Positions 10,217-24,304 are shown, numbered from the stretch's first letter. The stretch is DNA of 64,000 bases from Octopus bimaculoides (GCF_001194135.2 NC_068987.1:55930560-55994559), one strand, 5' to 3'. The notes: generated by a model from the letters alone, not told the origin. A program made the numbers and translations.

Positions 10217-12970
10217 TACATCTATCTGGTAGAGTTGTAAGGCCCTTCTTCACTTGTCCGTGACGAAAAATGCTCGTCCAGTAATGTTCTGACCTCGTCT
10301 ACAGAATTCATTTTTTTCCGTCCAAATGATTTTGAAGACTGCGGAATATATGATAAACAGATAGGGCAATGTCCGGCGAATATGGTGGGTGGGGCATTAT
10401 TTACCATTCAAACTGCTTCAGCTTTTGGAATGTCACCCTCGCTGTATGTGGCCGAGCATTTTCCTGATGGAAGAACACCTTTCATCTTAAAACCAAAGAT
10501 GGTCCTTTTTCTTTTAGCGCTGACTTGCGCCGCTCAAGCTCTTCGCAGTAGTTCTCTTTTCTTAATGTTTGGTTCGAGTTTAAAAGTTCAAAGTGGACTA
10601 AACCTTTCATATCCCACCAAACAGATAACAAGACCTTACGTACGTGAAGACCTTCTTTAGCCTGGAGTGCCGGTGTTACTCTTTTCCCTACCCACTATTT
10701 TCGGCGCTTGACATTTTTATAGAGAACCCATTTCTCGTCACCAGTCACTATTCGGTCCAAAAAACGGTTCGTTCGTGAGACGTGATAGCAAAGCGATTAG
10801 ACTCGAAATGTTTGTGAGGAACGCTTTGACTTAATCTTCTGACTCTTCCGATGGCATGCAGGTGTCGATGAATAGTTGAATGACCAAATCCAAGCTTCCC
10901 CGCAAGTTCTTCAACATTTACGATGGGATTTTATTCCACCAGGGTTTTCAGGACGTCCTCGTCGAGCTCTATAGATTTTCCAAGACGAGGTTCATCATCT
11001 AGGCTGTAGTTTCCGGTTCGGAATTTCTGGAATCACTGTTGACACTGGCTTATGCTTATTGTCCGATCCCCAGATACTGCATTAATATTCCTCTCACTCA
11101 CACTTGCGTTGTTGCCTTTATTGAACTCATAAAGAAAAATATGCCGAATATGCTCCTTTGTTACTTCCATTATAGCTTTGAAAAAATAACTGTTAAAATC
11201 CAACTGCACTCTTCAAAACTTGCACCAAGAATAAAACTAAGGAAAAATTACTACCTGCTTTTATAGGAAGTTGATGCAGGTAGTTTACCCTGTGCCCCTC
11301 CGACTTTTAGTTCATACAATTGAAAAAGCAGCACTATTTATGGGATGACTCCATATATATATATACGGAAGTCTTCTTTCAATTCCTGTCTAACAAATCT
11401 ACTCATGCAGTGAGACTGAACCCAGATCTTTGTGATTGGGGGGCAAAATTCTTACTATACACCTACACCTGTGACCTTGTTTCATATGTCTTTTTCATCA
11501 ATTTCACGTTAATCTAATGATTGACAAAAACTGGGAACGTGTATCATATATAACCCATGCATGCCAAGGAAATATGTCTTGTGTATCGCATGTGTGATAC
11601 AGGACAGGCAAATAGTTAACCACGCAGTATTTACAGTGGATAATATTTAAAAACAGTCATACCAGCCTTCACGGAAAAGTGTAGATTTCATTTTCAACCA
11701 CTTAATGAACGAAGGCATGTAAATTTTACGTGCAGAAGGGTTAGCTAAAACGCCTAGAATTCTACTTGTTTGGCAAGTGAGATTGTGTGTTGAAACTGAA
11801 ATAACTGCATTGTGAATTATCGCTTATAGCCATTTCAAAACATACAAAACTGTCACATTCACTTTCCGTTCATTTCTTTTGGTTTAAATCTTTTGTGATG
11901 CATTTTGTGACCTGGTCTTTGATGCGATCTCAAATCGGTTATTGATGAGTTTTTAAAAGTCTTGAGTTATTTTCTTTACTTATCAACTTCGTTTCATCTT
12001 TTGGAGCTTATAGGTCTCTAGTATTATTGCTGTTTGACCTTTTTAAATATGAACAACTGTTAGTCACTTTTACATTCTGTTTTGATTCTTCTCGCTTTTT
12101 CTTTCTTTCTCTTCCTTCTTTTCTTTCTGTCTTTCTGTCTTTCTCTCTTATTCTTTATTTTTCTTTCTGCATTTTATATTTGTGCTGCTCTTTATAATGC
12201 CATTGGTAATTAGGTAATGTCGTAGACAAGAACGACTTTAGAAATAAATATGCATTTATACAAATAAACATGCATTTATCATATTTACAGTTTATATATT
12301 GCATGTGTACAAAGTGTATTTGTATTACACTGAAGAACATTTATGCAAGGATGTATGTAATGCTTAAAGATTCACAATATGAAAGATAAAGAGAATGTTT
12401 TAGTTAAATATGTTATGCCACATATATGCACTATTACTATAAGAACAAGAGAAAAATAGAGCAGGTATTTAGATACAGTGGTAGATGTATGTATATCATT
12501 AAAAGACAAGAATAACTCATCATTGTCGAACAAGTATTTCAAACAGATGAGAGCACATCTTGCGGAACAAGATTACATGGTTCCATGTGGATTCTGAGTT
12601 GACTCTGGTGCGGTGTCCAAATCGTCAATTTTTATAACACTGAGCAAAACTTTCTAAAGCCTTCGAATTACAATTTGACAGAAAGCTTACCTAAGATTTC
12701 TTTTATGTTCACCAACGATAATTGATAGACGCCAGCCGATACCGATTGACTTGTAAACATTTACGTGGGTGCTCAGTTCTCTCAAGAAGCCGGTCACGTC
12801 TTTTAAGGTGATATGATTAGGCGGTGACTCATTGCTCGAAATCTAAGCGATGTAGTTTGAAACTGGCTGAAGCGTCGCTACATGTTCAATTCTTAGTACA
12901 TTATTTTCTCTTTCCTTGTGGGCCTGGATTTGAATGTATAGAAATACTAAACATTATTTATAAATATTAA

Positions 12971-13105
12971 AAGGCAGATAACTAGCAGAATCATTAGAGA
13001 ATGAGCAAAATGGCTTAGGGTTATTTCTTCTGGCTTTTAACATTCTGAGCTTAAATCCAGTTGAAGTTAACTTCGCATTTTATCCTTCCAAATTCGATAA
13101 AATAT
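12971..13105 (+). mobile_element. SINE family A, old copy
   Basis: ctagcagaatcattag..ttctgagcttaaatcc..gttaacttcgcattttatccttcc..gataaaat; diverged match to 51985-52214. Confidence 0.6.
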
Positions 13106-14248
13106 GGCCTAACCGAAACAAGTAAAAGATAAAAGATACAGATACCCTCATCAGGTTAATTGCACCTACCAAAGGTGGAAATTTACTGCTTCTAGTGTGT
13201 TACAGTATTTATTTATTTATTTATTTATTTATTTATTTGGATAATGATTTTCTAAAAAACATTTAAATTGATATGAAAATTTGAAAAGCGTATTTTGTGA
13301 AATAGTACTTTGTTTTTTATTCTACCAGCTCGGATTTAACCCTCTGTATTGTATACTTCTTAGTTACTGTGTTGCTAATTAAATAAGCCAATTTAGAAGA
13401 CTGTATTTGGTTCGGGTATCTGTTCATAATTAGTTTTTAAGTTAAATGCTTATGTGCTTTTTTTATGCCACCGAAATCAACTTTCCCTTTCATCTTTTGG
13501 GGTTAGATAAAATATAGTATCAATTAATTACTGGGTTCGACGTCATCGGTTAACAAACATCACTCTTCAAAATTGCAGGTTTTGTGCCTATACCTTTTTT
13601 TTTTTTGTTTGGAACGGTGAAACTTGAAGAAGATAACGCTATAAATCATAGCATGAAAAAGTTGAAGGCCACTCGTGAGGCAGAGAAATTCAAAGCATTG
13701 CTTTGGTCCAAAGGCAGAACGCCTCCCATGTTTACAGAAGATGTGGATTCGTGTCTCCGGGGGAACCTTTAATTTTTTTCTATCCAAAAGGGTTTTTAAC
13801 CCAATATTTACACGTTATGATTTATAGAGCTATCTGCTTTTAGTTTCACCGTTTCAAAACAGAAGTGTACGTTGTCTCGATATTTATCANNNNNNNNNNN
13901 NNNNNNNNNNNNNNNNNNNNNNNNNNNNNNNNNNNNNNNNNNNNNNNNNNNNNNNNNNNNNNNNNNNNNNNNNNNNNNNNNNNNNNNNNNNNNNNNNNNN
14001 NNNNNNNNNNNNNNNNNNNNNNNNNNNNNNNNNNNNNNNNNNNNNNNNNNNNNNNNNNNNNNNNNNNNNNNNNNNNNNNNNNNNNNNNNNNNNNNNNNNN
14101 NNNNNNNNNNNNNNNNNNNNNNNNNNNNNNNNNNNNNNNNNNNNNNNNNNNNNNNNNNNNNNNNNNNNNNNNNNNNNNNNNNNNNNNNNNNNNNNNNNNN
14201 NNNNNNNNNNNNNNNNNNNNNNNNNNNNNNNNNNNNNNNNNNNNNNNN

Positions 14249-14319
<71 letters not shown>

Positions 14320-14899
14320 CTATTTATGTTTAAACGTTAATAATGTATTAGACATGTCTAAGTCAATGTATATTCAAGTATCTTGAAATATGGCATCTTG
14401 AATCATAGTTTGTTTCTCGAATCAGTCTTAATAACTGTCATAGTTATTACCTTCCATTTTACTATTACACAATCAAAAACATCATGTATATACGTGTATC
14501 TATGTCAGTATATGTGCTTGTGTATATCTGTCTTTAATGGATTTTACCAATTATATATTCATGTCTTTATGGAAATGAAACTGTGCTATGAGCCACGGAA
14601 ACTGTTTGTGTTTGTGTATTATATAGGGCTTAATCAAAATTCATTTACATACGTATGTGCTAAGTGCATGTGTATAAAACAGTGAGCATGCTATACAAAG
14701 ATGAAGTGTATTTGTATATGTGAAATAGATATGTGAAAAAGAATATTATAAGATAGTGTATAGTTATTATGTGAGCATTTAAATAATACAATGGCATGCA
14801 TGCTAGTTTGCTCCTCGTTGAGAGAGAGAGCAAGAGACAGACAAAGTGAGCGTTTGAAAATATCTGTTCGTGCATGTCTGTGCATGAGGTTATGTTTGA

Positions 14900-14951
<52 letters not shown>

Positions 14952-16022
14952 NNNNNNNNNNNNNNNNNNNNNNNNNNNNNNNNNNNNNNNNNNNNNNNNN
15001 NNNNNNNNNNNNNNNNNNNNNNNNNNNNNNNNNNNNNNNNNNNNNNNNNNNNNNNNNNNNNNNNNNNNNNNNNNNNNNNNNNNNNNNNNNNNNNNNNNNN
15101 NNNNNNNNNNNNNNNNNNNNNNNNNNNNNNNNNNNNNNNNNNNNNNNNNNNNNNNNNNNNNNNNNNNNNNNNNNNNNNNNNNNNNNNNNNNNNNNNNNNN
15201 NNNNNNNNNNNNNNNNNNNNNNNNNNNNNNNNNNNNNNNNNNNNNNNNNNNNNNNNNNNNNNNNNNNNNNNNNNNNNNNNNNNNNNNNNNNNNNNNNNNN
15301 NNNNNNNNNNNNNNNNNNNNNNNNNNNNNNNNNNNNNNNNNNNNNNNNNNNNNNNNNNNNNNNNNNNNNNNNNNNNNNNNNNNNNNNNNNNNNNNNNNNN
15401 NNNNNNNNNNNNNNNNNNNNNNNNNNNNNNNNNNNNNNNNNNNNNNNNNNNNNNNNNNNNNNNNNNNNNNNNNNNNNNNNNNNNNNNNNNNNNNNNNNNN
15501 NNNNNNNNNNNNNNNNNNNNNNNNNNNNNNNNNNNNNNNNNNNNNNNNNNNNNNNNNNNNNNNNNNNNNNNNNNNNNNNNNNNNNNNNNNNNNNNNNNNN
15601 NNNNNNNNNNNNNNNNNNNNNNNNNNNNNNNNNNNNNNNNNNNNNNNNNNNNNNNNNNNNNNNNNNNNNNNNNNNNNNNNNNNNNNNNNNNNNNNNNNNN
15701 NNNNNNNNNNNNNNNNNNNNNNNNNNNNNNNNNNNNNNNNNNNNNNNNNNNNNNNNNNNNNNNNNNNNNNNNNNNNNNNNNNNNNNNNNATATATATACA
15801 TACACATATATATATTTACACATACATACCTACAGAAACACACGTACATGCATATACACAAGTGTATACTTATATACACTCAATTATTGTTATAAGTGCG
15901 TGTCTATGTGCGCTTGTTTTATTTAAAAATACACAAACACAAATGTAATAAAAAAAAATTCGCGCACATGTTGATTACTTGTTTATATTTTCGATAATAT
16001 ATGTCCTGATGATCATTATCAG

Positions 16023-16061
16023 GATTGTTATCGTACTTTAGTTGTTATAACAAAGATGAAG
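16023..16061 (+). other. Candidate 39-nt (or 20-nt, from 16042) exon
   Basis: tcag| or tttag| acceptor and a strong AG|GTAAGT donor at 16062; open frame LLSYFSCYNKDE. No homology recognised. Confidence 0.25.
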
Positions 16062-16757
16062 GTAAGTTGCATGTTATGTATTTTGCCCTGGGGCCACGGA
16101 CTCTCCTGCATCTGAACTTTTAGACTTCATTCATTTACTAATTGTGTTTTCAAAAACACACAATTGACTAATTGATTTTCGCTGGAGGTTCTATATTCAT
16201 ATGAACATAGAATGGTAAAGGTTTGAAACTATAAACTACATACATATATAAACACATGTAAGCACAAGCACACATACACACACATACACACGTTCGTATA
16301 TACACGTATACGCACACATTCACACACAAGTACAATCATCTTATTTTATATTCGTGTGTGAGTATGCGTATTAGTTTCAGCTGATATTTGCATTAATGTA
16401 TGATAGTATATATATATATATATNNNNNNNNNNNNNNNNNNNNNNNNNNNNNNNNNNNNNNNNNNNNNNNNNNNNNNNNNNNNNNNNNNNNNNNNNNNNN
16501 NNNNNNNNNNNNNNNNNNNNNNNNNNNNNNNNNNNNNNNNNNNNNNNNNNNNNNNNNNNNNNNNNNNNNNNNNNNNNNNNNNNNNNNNNNNNNNNNNNNN
16601 NNNNNNNNNNNNNNNNNNNNNNNNNNNNNNNNNNNNNNNNNNNNNNNNNNNNNNNNNNNNNNNNNNNNNNNNNNNNNNNNNNNNNNNNNNNNNNNNNNNN
16701 NNNNNNNNNNNNNNNNNNNNNNNNNNNNNNNNNNNNNNNNNNNNNNNNNNTATATAC

Positions 16758-16793
<36 letters not shown>

Positions 16794-17039
16794 ACCTATA
16801 TGTATATACTATTGTTAATGTTTTGTCATTAAAATTTATCAACAATGCTTAATAAATGTTGAAATCGAAGTTTTAAGTGTTTACTTATGCTTATGTACTA
16901 TATGCCACAGGTGCAAACAAATATATTGAGAAACCGACAATGTTACGCGGTTTCAATCTTCGTTTTCACTTATTTCATTTTACCTATCACATTTACAATA
17001 ACTTTCGGATAGATATGTATGATACGCATGGGATGTTTG

Positions 17040-17270
17040 CTTCTCTCAAAATACTGGACCAGGCAACGAGCAATCGAAGGACCCTTTACCTCAATGATGG
17101 GCAAATACCCCGGAATTTTCTAAACATAAAAATTGCCTCGAAGTTTTTAGAAGTGCAGTCTGCCTGATGACAAGTCCTAATTCATACGGACCGCTTCTCG
17201 AAGATATTGCCCATGCCTGCTCTACATGGCCTCAAGGCCTACCAGAAATTGTTGCTTGATCTTCTTCAAG
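17040..17270 (+). mobile_element. Possible decayed LINE RT fragment (CR1/Jockey-like)
   Basis: SYGPLLEDIAHACSTW resembles the LINE motif YKSxIRPxLEYxxxxW. Weak. Confidence 0.35.
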
Positions 17271-17337
17271 GCACCTTATATTGTACTCTTTCTGAATAAG
17301 AAATGAGAAGCCATCGCTAAAACATTTTTGTCCACAG

Positions 17338-17417
17338 ACCTGCTCGACCATGGTTGATATAAAACTACATCAATGTAGAGTCAAATTATAGAGCAATATT
17401 ACGGTTGCCATATGTTG
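17338..17417 (+). other. Candidate 80-nt non-coding or UTR exon
   Basis: tttttgtccacag| acceptor and TG|GTGAGT donor; stops in all three frames. Confidence 0.3.
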
Positions 17418-18195
17418 GTGAGTAAATCTTAATCGATCAGTTGCCATATGTTGGTGAGTAAATCTTAATCAATCAATATGTTAAAGTGCATTTAAGAAAA
17501 CTTGTAAGTAGAAATTAGGCAATTTCGGGTCGGTCAACAATACTCTAACGTATTGGTAGAACACTTAGGTTAAGAGAAGAATTTAACTGTTAATACCTAA
17601 AGCAATTCTTGTTGCTGATGCCGTTGTCCTCTTGTTGTTTAAATCTAAGTCAACCTATTGAGTGAACCTATGATCAAAGGTGTTTCAGCCTTGACCATTC
17701 CGCCATTTTGTATATCTAGAACTATATTGTCCAATGTGTACTTCCATTTTTAAGACGGTTGAGTACGATTTGATAGCATGTGAATGCTATTTGTAGCAGG
17801 TAAAGTAAAGGTGACGAGATAAACGTTTCTCCGCTAATGTAGCGAACAGCCAAGAATGTCGCGAATATCCTATTAATTTTGTGACTATTAAATTAATATG
17901 TATGCTTGCACGTATGTTTGTATAGTTATATGCATGTATATAAATGTGTGGCACTCAGTCTAGTTGTCTTATATTAAAGGTGCTATACAATTGGAAATAG
18001 ATAAACCTTCGTTAAGGAAAAACAAGCTTATGTTTTGTTTTCATAGAATATATTGATGTGACCTGTAGAGCTTTGGCGGAAGCTCAAATTTCAGACCGCA
18101 CTTTGACAGGGACACACTTTGGTTTTAGGATTACCAAGATTGCAATTATCGTTGACATCATTTAATTAAATTAGCTACTTCATACATAAAGAGTG

Positions 18196-18575
18196 TTGGC
18201 CCTCCGTTGCTTACGACGTCGAGGGTTCCAGTTGATCCGATCAACGGAACAGCCTGCTCGTGAAATTAACGTGCAAGTGGCTGAGCACTCCACATACACG
18301 TGTACCCTTAATGTAGTTCTTGGGGATATTCAGCGTGACACAGTGTGACAAGGCTGACTCTTTGAATTACAGGCACAACAGAAACAGGAAGTAAGAGTGA
18401 GAGAAAGTTGTGGTGAAAGAGTACAGCAAGGTTCGCCACCATCCCCTGCCGGAGCCTCGTGGAACTTTAGGTGTTTTCGCTCAATGAACACTAACAACGC
18501 CCGGTCTGGGAATCGAAACCGCGATCCTATGACCGCGAGTCCGCTACCCTAACCACTGGGCCATTGCGCCTCCAC
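18196..18575 (-). mobile_element. Full-length SINE (family B head and tail, distinct body) with 12-bp TSD
   Basis: TSD acataaagagtg at 18184-18195 and 18576-18587; tRNA-like head gtggaggcgcaatggcccagtggttagggtagcgga..cggtttcgattccc. Confidence 0.9.
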
Positions 18576-20149
18576 ACATAAAGAGTGACGGAAGTATTAT
18601 CATACATATTAAGCGAGTCTTTTACAATTCTAAGGAAAGAATCAAGTGCATCGATATAATAACGTAATACCCTGTGTATAATTGAGCCTAGAGTCAGTCA
18701 TCGTCTGGATGGGGTTTTTTTCTGATTCATTTAAAACATGGAAACGAATCCAGCAAGTAACTTACGAAGGTATCTTTAACATGGCAAGCTCCCAAACTTC
18801 AGCAGTAAGAGTAGAATCTAACAATGAAAGAAAAATTTCCTAATAAGTGAAGAAAACGATGTTAAAAATTACAAGCGTTTCGCTGACTTATAACTACAAA
18901 GAAACTGATTACTTTCGTAGAAGTAAATGACTTACTGAATGATTCACTCAATATAGATTCCGTTCAAATAGAAGCTGCCTCACAAAGCAACTGCTGCATG
19001 ACTACTGGGTGTTATAAAGAAAGTGCTCAATCAGTTATAACGTAAATGTGATAGACCCGGGTATGGCAAAAGTTTTCAATAAATCTGCTAATGGCCTAAT
19101 GGTATAAGATATGTTTCCTCTGCAGAGCTTGAAAATTAGGAATCAGGCTGCATGAGTTTTCATTTAACAGAAGTCATATTGTTGTTGTTGTTTTTGTTGT
19201 TGTTGTTTATGTTGGTGGTGGTGGTGGTGGTGGTTTTGGTGGTGGTGGTGGTGGTGGTGGTTTTGGTGGTGGTGGTGGTGGTTCAAACTTTTCGTTCTTG
19301 ACTTTTTCTTTCCTACTTGTATGCCAAGGACTACATTCACTAATGTATCCATCTTCATGAAGACGTTTAGAATAGTATTTCTAGCAAGTTCATAATTGTA
19401 TAGAGGCTCCTTGTTGCAGCTAACGATACTTTAAAAATTGTTAACATTCTAGAAGAGAGTATCTCAAGGATCTTTCCGGCCTATTATTATTTGAAATGTT
19501 TTTGCAGACACCATCAGTCAACATAGCAGGCTTCTTTAATAGCGATGCTGGCGATAACCAAAGTATCGATGGTAGCCAAAGAAACTAACTCTGTTAAAAC
19601 ACTACTAAAGAGCTTCAGTTTACTATACATATTGACTTATGAAAGCCTCATATCATCTAACACTAAATATTCGCACTCTTCTATGAGCCTTCAAACTATT
19701 GTAATGTGATTACGCAAGTCCAGAAAAGAAAGCATTCTTAGAGACAGAGTATATACGACTGGAATGAATATAAAATTATCTGTAAATCCGTATCATTTTC
19801 AAAGTATATTACTTTTACGGTGACAACGTGAGAGGAGTGGTATACGAGACCAATTAGTCATACCGATTCTGTAGAGAACATTTATTCGCATTCACATATG
19901 TCATGTTATGAGCTCTTCATAGTGTCAAGCTTAATACTGTATTGGAGACAATGTCCATAGAATAAGAGAACACCAAGCTATCCATTTCACTTAATTACTC
20001 GACTGTTGTGATGATCAATCTTAGCATAGAAATTATTAGATCCCTGTTTATTTTAATTTTCCACCGCTACCTTATCTATGCAAATATGATTGCTTCTAAC
20101 CAGTAACCGAACAAAGAGAAGTCGCTGAAAATTCTAGTGTTTTATTTCT

Positions 20150-20460
20150 TGAAGTGAAGATGGGAGAGATACGTAGTCATTTATATTTGGAAGACTTTGG
20201 AAGGACAGGCGCCATACTTTGGCATTAAAAACTGGGTAAAACGTAAATCCCGTCACTGCATAACGTCAAACATTCAACCTCTTACCGTATTAGGACAAGA
20301 TATTCCATTACCTTTATCCAAAACATAAGAAATCGACGTGATGTAGATGTCAACCCATTGAAACATCACTTAGACGATCTACGAATTAACATCCAAGATG
20401 AACCTACAACACAAGAGGAGATGCATATGTCGGTAACAGCCTTCAAAATTCATTAATCAA
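20150..20460 (+). mobile_element. CR1-like LINE ORF2 3' end, decayed (may extend upstream to about 19400)
   Basis: RWERYVVIYIWKTLEGQAPYFGIKNW..RHCI..IRNRRDVDVNPLKHHLDDLRINIQDEP resembles CR1-type C-termini; frameshifted. Confidence 0.6.
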
Positions 20461-20709
20461 CAGGTAGATAATAACTGCAACAGTACTGAAATCGTACTCT
20501 ATAAATACCACCGCTCAATAACTAGAGTCAGGAAAAAAGTAAAAGTAAAATTAATGATATATTTAAATGTCTAAATATTATATAAATTGTGTTGAGCTTC
20601 TTGAATCTGTGATTATTTAGGAAGACAGCTACGATGCTCTTTTGCAATTGATTGTAATTTCTGCATTGATGATCTTGATGCTTCTCCTCACTTTCATGAC
20701 ATCATTTGC

Positions 20710-20902
20710 TCGCAGAATCGTTAGAACGTCGGATAAAATATTTAGCGGCATTTCTTCCGACGGATCTGTATTCAAATCCCGTTGATATCCAAATTGTCTT
20801 TCATCCTTTTGGGATCGATAACATAAAGTATCAGCCAAGTACTGGGATCGACGCAATTAGCTCCACTCAGAAGTGCTGGGCATTGTGCTAACATAAGAAA
20901 GA

Positions 20903-20910
<8 letters not shown>
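20710..20910 (+). mobile_element. SINE family A
   Basis: gcagaatcgttagaacgtcggataaaatatttagcggcatttc..tttcatccttttgggatcgataa..aagtatcag. Confidence 0.75.
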
Positions 20911-20939
<29 letters not shown>

Positions 20940-20947
20940 TTATTATT

Positions 20948-21364
20948 GAGTGAGAGAGCAGTGCATGACATCAAATTGACACAGGGTTAAAATATACAAA
21001 GCTCATTATACCCATCATGACTATCTGTCTTATAAGGGTACACCAGGCACATGCATCACAACCATATGTGCGCGACATGGTGATCTCATATCAAGATAAA
21101 CAGCGCATGATCTCACAGGTGGGGCCCAGTTAGAATTTTCTTCAGGTCGAGTAGCCCATCCCGCTCAAAAGATCCCTGAATAAGGTTTGTTTAAGGATGT
21201 TGAGCAAAACAGCCATGTTTCCAAAGGTGAATTATTCAAACCCCAAAGAATTCCTCTCAACACATGATGCTCCCCCACTACTTCTGCTCATGATCAGAGA
21301 TGCACATATCGTCAGCCACCAAGGGACAAGCTCAACTGGTTAAGGTCAAACAACTGACAAGCAC
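20948..21364. repeat. Unclassified interspersed repeat family D, copy 1
   Basis: 21083-21320 aligns with 22522-22766 (atctcatatcaagataaacagc..gagtagcccatccc..atgctcccccact..gatgcacatatc). Confidence 0.75.
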
Positions 21365-22212
21365 NNNNNNNNNNNNNNNNNNNNNNNNNNNNNNNNNNNN
21401 NNNNNNNNNNNNNNNNNNNNNNNNNNNNNNNNNNNNNNNNNNNNNNNNNNNNNNNNNNNNNNNNNNNNNNNNNNNNNNNNNNNNNNNNNNNNNNNNNNNN
21501 NNNNNNNNNNNNNNNNNNNNNNNNNNNNNNNNNNNNNNNNNNNNNNNNNNNNNNNNNNNNNNNNNNNNNNNNNNNNNNNNNNNNNNNNNNNNNNNNNNNN
21601 NNNNNNNNNNNNNNNNNNNNNNNNNNNNNNNNNNNNNNNNNNNNNNNNNNNNNNNNNNNNNNNNNNNNNNNNNNNNNNNNNNNNNNNNNNNNNNNNNNNN
21701 NNNNNNNNNNNNNNNNNNNNNNNNNNNNNNNNNNNNNNNNNNNNNNNNNNNNNNNNNNNNNNNNNNNNNNNNNNNNNNNNNNNNNNNNNNNNNNNNNNNN
21801 NNNNNNNNNNNNNNNNNNNNNNNNNNNNNNNNNNNNNNNNNNNNNNNNNNNNNNNNNNNNNNNNNNNNNNNNNNNNNNNNNNNNNNNNNNNNNNNNNNNN
21901 NNNNNNNNNNNNNNNNNNNNNNNNNNNNNNNNNNNNNNNNNNNNNNNNNNNNNNNNNNNNNNNNNNNNNNNNNNNNNNNNNNNNNNNNNNNNNNNNNNNN
22001 NNNNNNNNNNNNNNNNNNNNNNNNNNNNNNNNNNNNNNNNNNNNNNNNNNNNNNNNNNNNNNNNNNNNNNNNNNNNNNNNNNNNNNNNNNNNNNNNNNNN
22101 NNNNNNNNNNNNNNNNNNNNNNNNNNNNNNNNNNNNNNNNNNNNNNNNNNNNNNNNNNNNNNNNNNNNNNNNNNNNNNNNNNNNNNNNNNNNNNNNNNNN
22201 NNNNNNNNNNNG

Positions 22213-22317
<105 letters not shown>

Positions 22318-22342
22318 TTTTTGTTACTTTTATTAAAGCAAC

Positions 22343-22521
22343 AGGCTGGTAGAATCGGTAGCACACCAGAAAATATGCTTAGTAGCATTCCGTCCGTCTT
22401 TACAGTCTGAGTTCAAATTCCGCCGAACGACTTTGCCTTTTCATCTTTTAGGAGTCAATAAAGTAAATAGCCATGTAACATTGGGGTCGATGTAATCGAC
22501 TAGTCCCCTTCCCCACAAATT
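22343..22521 (+). mobile_element. SINE family A joined directly to a family D fragment
   Basis: ctggtagaatcggtagcacacc..ctgagttcaaattccgccg..ctttgccttttcatc..ggggtcgatgtaatcgactagtcccc. Confidence 0.85.
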
Positions 22522-22766
22522 ATCTCATATCAAGATAAACAGCACACGACCTTGCGGGTGGGGTCTAGTTAAAATTTTCTTCAGCTCGAGTAGCCCATCC
22601 CACTCAATATGTCCTTGAATAAGATTTGTTTAAGGATGATGAACGAAACACCCATGTTTCCAGATGTGAATTAATCAAACCTCAAAGAATTCTTCTAAAC
22701 ACACGGATATAATGCTCCCCCACTAATTGTGCTCATGATCAAAGATGCACATATCAGTCACTAAGG
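22522..22766. repeat. Unclassified interspersed repeat family D, copy 2
   Basis: Aligns to 21083-21320. Confidence 0.75.
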
Positions 22767-23684
22767 CTGATGATATGAGCAGTAATTGTGTCTGTGATAT
22801 AATCAGTAATTGTGTCTGTGTTTTTGTAAGAAGACTCAGATGGCAATGTCACAAACACTGTATGCAGCCTCTGTATATCGTGCCAGAGGGGAACTTACGC
22901 ACGCTTGCTAAACCCGCTGGAAAATTAGAACAATATTTATCAATGTACACCCCACTGTCCTTTAAAATAAACATGACATATTGAATAATGGAGTCATAGA
23001 TATACTATGTCAGAATAAAAGATAGATTCGTCACGATTGAACACCCTTTGATCTTAGGTCTGCTGGATCAATGAAGATCTAGGGAGATATAACAACAACA
23101 AAAAATAAACAACTCGTACGCATCATTAGATCTAATATTTAAACCGTTTTATTTCGAGGGAAGGAACTGTAAAGTTTAATCATAAAAAAAAACTGTGTCC
23201 ATGACCTTCGTCGGTCCGCTTTCATATCCAGTCTTAGAATTTTTTATGTTTCTTTCCTCCGAAAGTTCTTTCTTCTTCAATCCTTGTCGATAAAGCTACG
23301 ATGCATTAAATTACTACACACGCACAAGCTGACCACCAATTCAACCTTAATATTATAGGAACTCTATCTGGTTCTTTATGTTACTGTCCTCTGCTCATAC
23401 CTCATTACAAACACGTTTTTTTTTCTTTGATTATTGGTTTCTTTTTTCTTGTTTTGCTTTTATTATATATATTTTCTTATTGTATATTTGTTGTCATATT
23501 TTGCGTTTTTTCTTTTATTTTTGAAGAAGAATCATACCAAAGAAGAATCGATATTTTCTTCTTAGCTCTCGTATTTGACAGATTGTCATAAACCATTATT
23601 TCTCTTAATGTAAATTAGTCGCTCAATCAAATTAACTTCATTGAAGAATGTAATTGAAGAAAGCAGAAAAGAAACAATGTGATT

Positions 23685-23706
23685 ATGATGATGATGATCG
23701 AAGTGG

Positions 23707-23795
<89 letters not shown>

Positions 23796-23830
23796 GCAAT
23801 GACGAGGTAGATGTTGATAATGATGATGAA
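23685..23830. repeat. (GAT)n microsatellite
   Basis: Visible directly; explains the poly-D/I/S ORFs. Confidence 0.95.
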
Positions 23831-24272
23831 CAAAGAACCACGTTGAAGAAAATAAAGTGTTGAAAAAAGGTGATGGAGGAAGAAAAGAACAAGGAAAAGA
23901 AGAACAACATCAATGATAGCTATAGCAGCAACAACAGTAACAACACGAATATTTAGAAAGGGAGAAAAGAAATGTTGACAAAGACTATGAAGATGAAATT
24001 ATACATATATGAATATAAATGAAATGCAAATGCGTTTATAACTACTTTTTTTATGGCCGATAGAGGGGGTAGTAACATCAATTTTCTTTTATTGTTGTGG
24101 TGTTTTTACTTTTTGAGTTTTTTTTTTCTTTTCTCATAATTTTGTTTTGAAGCATTTTTCTGATGGTTCCGTTGTTTTCCAAGACAACTAATATTTTGTC
24201 AATATTCACATTGCAAATCATACACACACTCATTCACATACGTGTGTGTACGTATTTACACAAACACACATG

Positions 24273-24304
<32 letters not shown>

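Larger units (their letters stand above)
8894..11353 (-). mobile_element. Mariner element B (host), interrupted by mariner A
   Basis: ATG at 11170: MEVTKEHIRHIFLYEFNKGNNAS..IVTGDEKWVLYKNVKRRK..KVLLSVWWDMKG..LPDR up to 10219. The C-terminus ENEGEYILD* resumes at 8938-8909. One TIR at about 11325-11353; the other presumably lies in the gap. Frameshifts and stops present. Confidence 0.85.

Noticed and set aside
13140-13160. Minus-strand CTGATGAG
   Set aside because: No stem II or GAAA follows it.
13560-13787. Overlapping short ORFs with coding-like composition
   Set aside because: No motif recognised in any frame.
18500-18575. tRNA-like sequence here and at the other SINE heads
   Set aside because: These are heads of SINEs with bodies, tails and TSDs; no complete cloverleaf.
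19164-19358. His/Gln-rich ORF on the minus strand
   Set aside because: It is a (GGT)n/(GTT)n tract with no splice support or recognisable domain.
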